Below are positions 14,794-18,087 of a DNA stretch of 18,087 nucleotides, one piece after another. A program made the position numbers and the translations under genes. Under the pieces are notes generated by a model. It was not told where the DNA came from and made no database searches. It saw nothing but the letters and a program-made list of their open reading frames with translations. Source of the DNA: an uncultured Bacteriovoracaceae bacterium (GTDB lineage Bacteria > Bdellovibrionota > Bacteriovoracia > Bacteriovoracales > Bacteriovoracaceae); the NCBI GenBank assembly GCA_964012805.1, contig CAXGUD010000064.1, forward strand, positions 1-18,087, in the 5' to 3' direction. The stretch's first letter is position 1. The number at the start of each line of letters is the position of its first letter.

Positions 14794-17523
14794 TTAACCG
14801 GTCTTTTTTTCAAAGTGAGGAAGAGAAATCATAAAGCTTGTTCCGATATTTTGACCTTCTTCAATAATAATTTTTCCCCCTAGGGATTCTATATTTTTTA
14901 TGACGACGTCCATCCCAATTCCTCTGCCTGAGGTTTCTGTCGTTTCGTCTTTAGTCGAAAAAGAAGGTCTAAAAATTAGGTGCTTAATTTCAGAAGAGTT
15001 CATTTCTTCTGCTTCATCTTCCGTTAAAATAGAGTTTGCAATGGCCCTTTTTAAAACCTTTTCTTCATTAATCCCTTTCCCATTGTCTTTAATATTTATT
15101 TTAATCTCTTCAAAGGTCTCTTTAATTGAGACATTGATGTCTCCCTTGGTTTCAATACCGTGATCTACACAATTGGTGAGGAGGTGAATAAAAGATTCTT
15201 TTAACATCGAAATGCTTTTTTCTGGAAGGTAGGAGTCATCACCAGAGACATTAAAAGTCACGGCCTTATCAAGTTTTTTAGCGGTATTGATGACAATATT
15301 TTGAAGGTCAATGGCCATCTTTTTGATATTAATATTGGACAACCTCTCAAGAGTTGAAATGATGGTTTCGTAATCTTTGGATTTAATAAGTTCTGTAACC
15401 TCTTTAACAGTGTCTGTAAGCACAGATTTTTGAACTTCTATTGTATCGCTGACATCATTGAAATCAGGATTATCAGGGTCGTAGATATCCCCATAAATTT
15501 CTTTAACAGTTTCTAGGGCATCGTCAAAAGAATTCTTTAAGGAAGCTCTTTGAATCTCAAAGTCTTCTTCAAAGCTCTTTTTATGAACACCCTCTTCGAA
15601 AAGAGTTATCATTTTACTTTCAATTTTATGAATGTCGCTTGCTAAAAAGTTAAGTCCATAAAGCCTTGAGAGGCCTTTTAACGTATGAACGGACCTAAGC
15701 ACAATGCCTCTATCTTTAAAGTGGTCTTTTAATTCTTTAAGTCTTGCATAGGATTCATAAAAACAATGGGTCAGTGAATCTCTAGAATTCGCTACAATAG
15801 ATTGAAGCTTTTCAATTTTAAGAGCGTTTTGCTGACGCTGCTTTTTGATGTCTGCTTCTAGTTTTTCTAATTCAGTCACATCCTCAATGATAAACATGAT
15901 CTTTTCGCAAAGACCATTGTCATAAATAGGACTCATCGATGCCTTAAGACTTTTCTTTTCATCTTCATCACCTTGGATTAAAAACCTCGTAGGGAATGTA
16001 TCTCCCACCATAAGCCATTGAAGGTCATCCGCATGGAAAACAATGCTAAAACCAAATTGTATAGAAGAATACTCATTATCTTCCGGGTCTAATTCTTTGT
16101 AAAGAGTGTTCCAAATAGATTTCCCTTCAATCTTTTCACCAAAAATTTTTTCACTAAATTGTGAAACAGGATCAATGATAATGCCATCAGGGTTTATGGC
16201 AAAAACGGCTTGGGCCATATTATTAATAAGAATTTCAATTTTTTCAACATACTCTCTTAGCTCTTTTGTTTTATCTTTTACCCTTCTCTCTAGTAATTGG
16301 TTAACATCAGCAAGCATCGCAGAGTGTTGTTGCGCGTCCTTTCTTAAATTATTAATTAAGCTTGCAAGACCCAAAGAAAAGAAAAGTATTTGAACAATAA
16401 TCGCCACATAAATGGCGTTATCGGAAAGAAAGTTAGTGGGTAAAAGCCCAAGCCCCTGACCAAGCTTAATAAAGCCTCCTGAAATAACAGCTAAAAAGCC
16501 ATAGGCAACATATTTTGAAGATTTATGCTTTCTTAGAAAGGACCCTACTCCCCACCAAGCACAAAGTCCTAGCGGTATACCAATGGTAAAAATAATAACC
16601 CTAATCCCAAACCAAAAAGGTAAAAAGAAAGCACAAATTGTATAAATTAAAGCTAATCCCAAGGAAACCCTAAAAAGAACGGTGTTGTACTTAGGTTGGC
16701 TTTTAATTTCCAGAAAATCGTAAAGGAAAAGTGTTAGGCCGCCACAGGCACCACCTAATCCTAAAAGCATTCCATGATTATTAAACCAGATGAGTGTTGG
16801 TAAAACATAAGCACCAAATCCGGTAATAGCGACAACAAGACAAAGAACTCCTAAAGTGAAAACTGTGTAATAGAGATATGAAACCATTCTTGTAGAAAAA
16901 TAAATGAGGGCATGATAAACGGCCATGATAATCATCACTCCATAAAGAACGGAGTAAAGAAACATCCCCTGGTCCCGGTTTTCGTTATAGGTCTTTTCGG
17001 AATAAATTTGCAAGGGGATTTGCATAGCCGCCGTATTTTTAATTTGTAAATAATAAGTTGAAGATTCTTTAGGATAAATTTTAAAAGGAAAAAAGCGGTG
17101 GCTTATTTTCTTTTTAGAAGCGGGTATTTGATCACCACTCACTTCTTTTACCCATTCACCCTTTAATTTTTGATAGAGAGTAATTTTATCTATGCCTGGA
17201 AATTCATAGATAAAGTAATAAAGGGAATTCTTTTCACTTTGATTTGTTACCGTAAACTTTACCCAAAACGTTGAAAAGGTAAAACCCATATTAGGTGAAT
17301 CTTTTTTAGTCGTTATATATTTTTGGGGATGGTTTCCTTTTAAAATATCATCAAAAGTTAAGTCACCTTTTTTATCTTCTAAAATAGAAAGATATTTTCC
17401 AATTTTAACGGATTTTGTTTTGTCATCTAATACAAGCGTTTTAGCATTTACAGAAAAGGATCCCAGCACAAAAAAAATGCTACAAATGATTAATTTTATA
17501 AGGGTAAAAATGCTTTTCCTCAT
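14794..17523 (-). CDS. 7TM-DISM receptor fused to PAS-like, HPt and CheA-type HATPase domains (no CheW domain)
   Basis: Likely start ATG 17523 (signal peptide ending VNA; RBS weak; track start is 17556). DISMED2-like ILEDKKGDLTFDDI, NMGFTFSTFWVKF, SGDQIP. 7 TM helices. HPt motif RSVHTLKGLSRLYG. CheA-type ATPase HLLTNCVDHGIE, DNGKGI, LIFRPSFST, SGRGIGMDVV. The protein ends right after the ATPase. Confidence 0.9.
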   Translation of the reverse strand: MRKSIFTLIKLIICSIFFVLGSFSVNAKTLVLDDKTKSVKIGKYLSILEDKKGDLTFDDILKGNHPQKYITTKKDSPNMGFTFSTFWVKFTVTNQSEKNSLYYFIYEFPGIDKITLYQKLKGEWVKEVSGDQIPASKKKISHRFFPFKIYPKESSTYYLQIKNTAAMQIPLQIYSEKTYNENRDQGMFLYSVLYGVMIIMAVYHALIYFSTRMVSYLYYTVFTLGVLCLVVAITGFGAYVLPTLIWFNNHGMLLGLGGACGGLTLFLYDFLEIKSQPKYNTVLFRVSLGLALIYTICAFFLPFWFGIRVIIFTIGIPLGLCAWWGVGSFLRKHKSSKYVAYGFLAVISGGFIKLGQGLGLLPTNFLSDNAIYVAIIVQILFFSLGLASLINNLRKDAQQHSAMLADVNQLLERRVKDKTKELREYVEKIEILINNMAQAVFAINPDGIIIDPVSQFSEKIFGEKIEGKSIWNTLYKELDPEDNEYSSIQFGFSIVFHADDLQWLMVGDTFPTRFLIQGDEDEKKSLKASMSPIYDNGLCEKIMFIIEDVTELEKLEADIKKQRQQNALKIEKLQSIVANSRDSLTHCFYESYARLKELKDHFKDRGIVLRSVHTLKGLSRLYGLNFLASDIHKIESKMITLFEEGVHKKSFEEDFEIQRASLKNSFDDALETVKEIYGDIYDPDNPDFNDVSDTIEVQKSVLTDTVKEVTELIKSKDYETIISTLERLSNINIKKMAIDLQNIVINTAKKLDKAVTFNVSGDDSYLPEKSISMLKESFIHLLTNCVDHGIETKGDINVSIKETFEEIKINIKDNGKGINEEKVLKRAIANSILTEDEAEEMNSSEIKHLIFRPSFSTKDETTETSGRGIGMDVVIKNIESLGGKIIIEEGQNIGTSFMISLPHFEKKTG

Positions 17524-17810
17524 ACTGACTTTTTCGGAATTTTCATCCAAAAACAAAATAAAATGAGGTGAATTTAGACCTAAAAAATTACTATATGATT
17601 AAATAGTTTTTATTTAAATTATTATAAAAACCTTAGGGATTTAAAAACCAATTTTTTTAAAAGTCATTGAGTAAGTAAATAAAAAAAGGTTATTAGTATA
17701 AGAAAAACGTACAAAACGCCCTTTCATAGTCCAAAAGGTTTATATAACTAGGCCTAACCTATTTTTTTAAGGGTTTAGAAAAGGTAAAAACTCGTAAAGA
17801 AAGCTTACTC

Positions 17811-17924
17811 TTAGTTTCTGCAGTAAGTATTCCAAGAAATGCATTTAGACTTTTTTGAAGAGCAACTGCTCATTCCCAAGCTTAGTATTAAAACTGACAA
17901 AACTAATATAACTTTGTTTTTCAT
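17811..17924 (-). CDS. Very small lipoprotein (37 aa)
   Basis: ATG 17924 preceded by GAGGGTGGAGAG (strong RBS). MKNK + hydrophobic core + lipobox-like MSS-C21. The 90-aa track ORF extends it upstream without support. Confidence 0.72.
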   Translation of the reverse strand: MKNKVILVLSVLILSLGMSSCSSKKSKCISWNTYCRN

Positions 17925-18087
17925 AACGCTCTCCACCCTCAATTGAGTCATGATTAAGCGCCAAAACAACTTATTAAAAACCGCTGTGATTTGACACTCA
18001 ACATTTAATTGCTTCATGTCACATACATCAAATTTTTTGAATGTGGAATAAAAAGCTTGCTGCTTTGAATAAAATACATTCAAATCC

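Noticed and set aside
4201..16393. Other short track ORFs (4201, 4480, 5642, 8591, 8814, 9222, 9675, 10268, 10881, 12425, 12453, 13073, 13409, 13648, 14018, 14261, 14296, 14900, 16106)
   Set aside because: They lie antisense to, out of frame within, or overlapping well-supported genes, with no recognisable protein features.
17925..18083. N-terminal extension of the 90-aa track ORF
   Set aside because: The strong RBS and signal peptide begin at ATG 17924, and the upstream codons show no protein-like signal.

Overview
AT-rich bacterial chromosomal segment. The gene repertoire (7TM-DISM sensors, receptor-fused CheA-like kinases, secreted START protein and hydrolase) suggests Bdellovibrionota/Bacteriovoracia, but that is inference only. 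No mobile element, CRISPR array, tRNA or rRNA was seen. Left to right: (1) a membrane sensor gene missed by the ORF track (1579 to <1, minus strand, running off the window); (2) a divergent 7TM-DISM hybrid histidine kinase; (3) four co-oriented exported proteins (family-3 solute-binding protein, probable outer-membrane protein, START lipid-binding protein, alpha/beta-hydrolase), with a structured AGGA-rich spacer that may encode an sRNA; (4) a stand-alone CheY-like regulator; (5) an SDR + HCCA-isomerase/GST-kappa pair whose SDR is interrupted by one in-frame TAG; (6) a compact ergothioneine locus (type II-like egtB, egtD and a convergent EgtE-like PLP enzyme, no egtA/egtC); (7) a 7TM-DISM + PAS-like + HPt + CheA-type ATPase kinase with no CheW domain, paralogous to gene 1; (8) a 37-aa Cys-pair lipoprotein.
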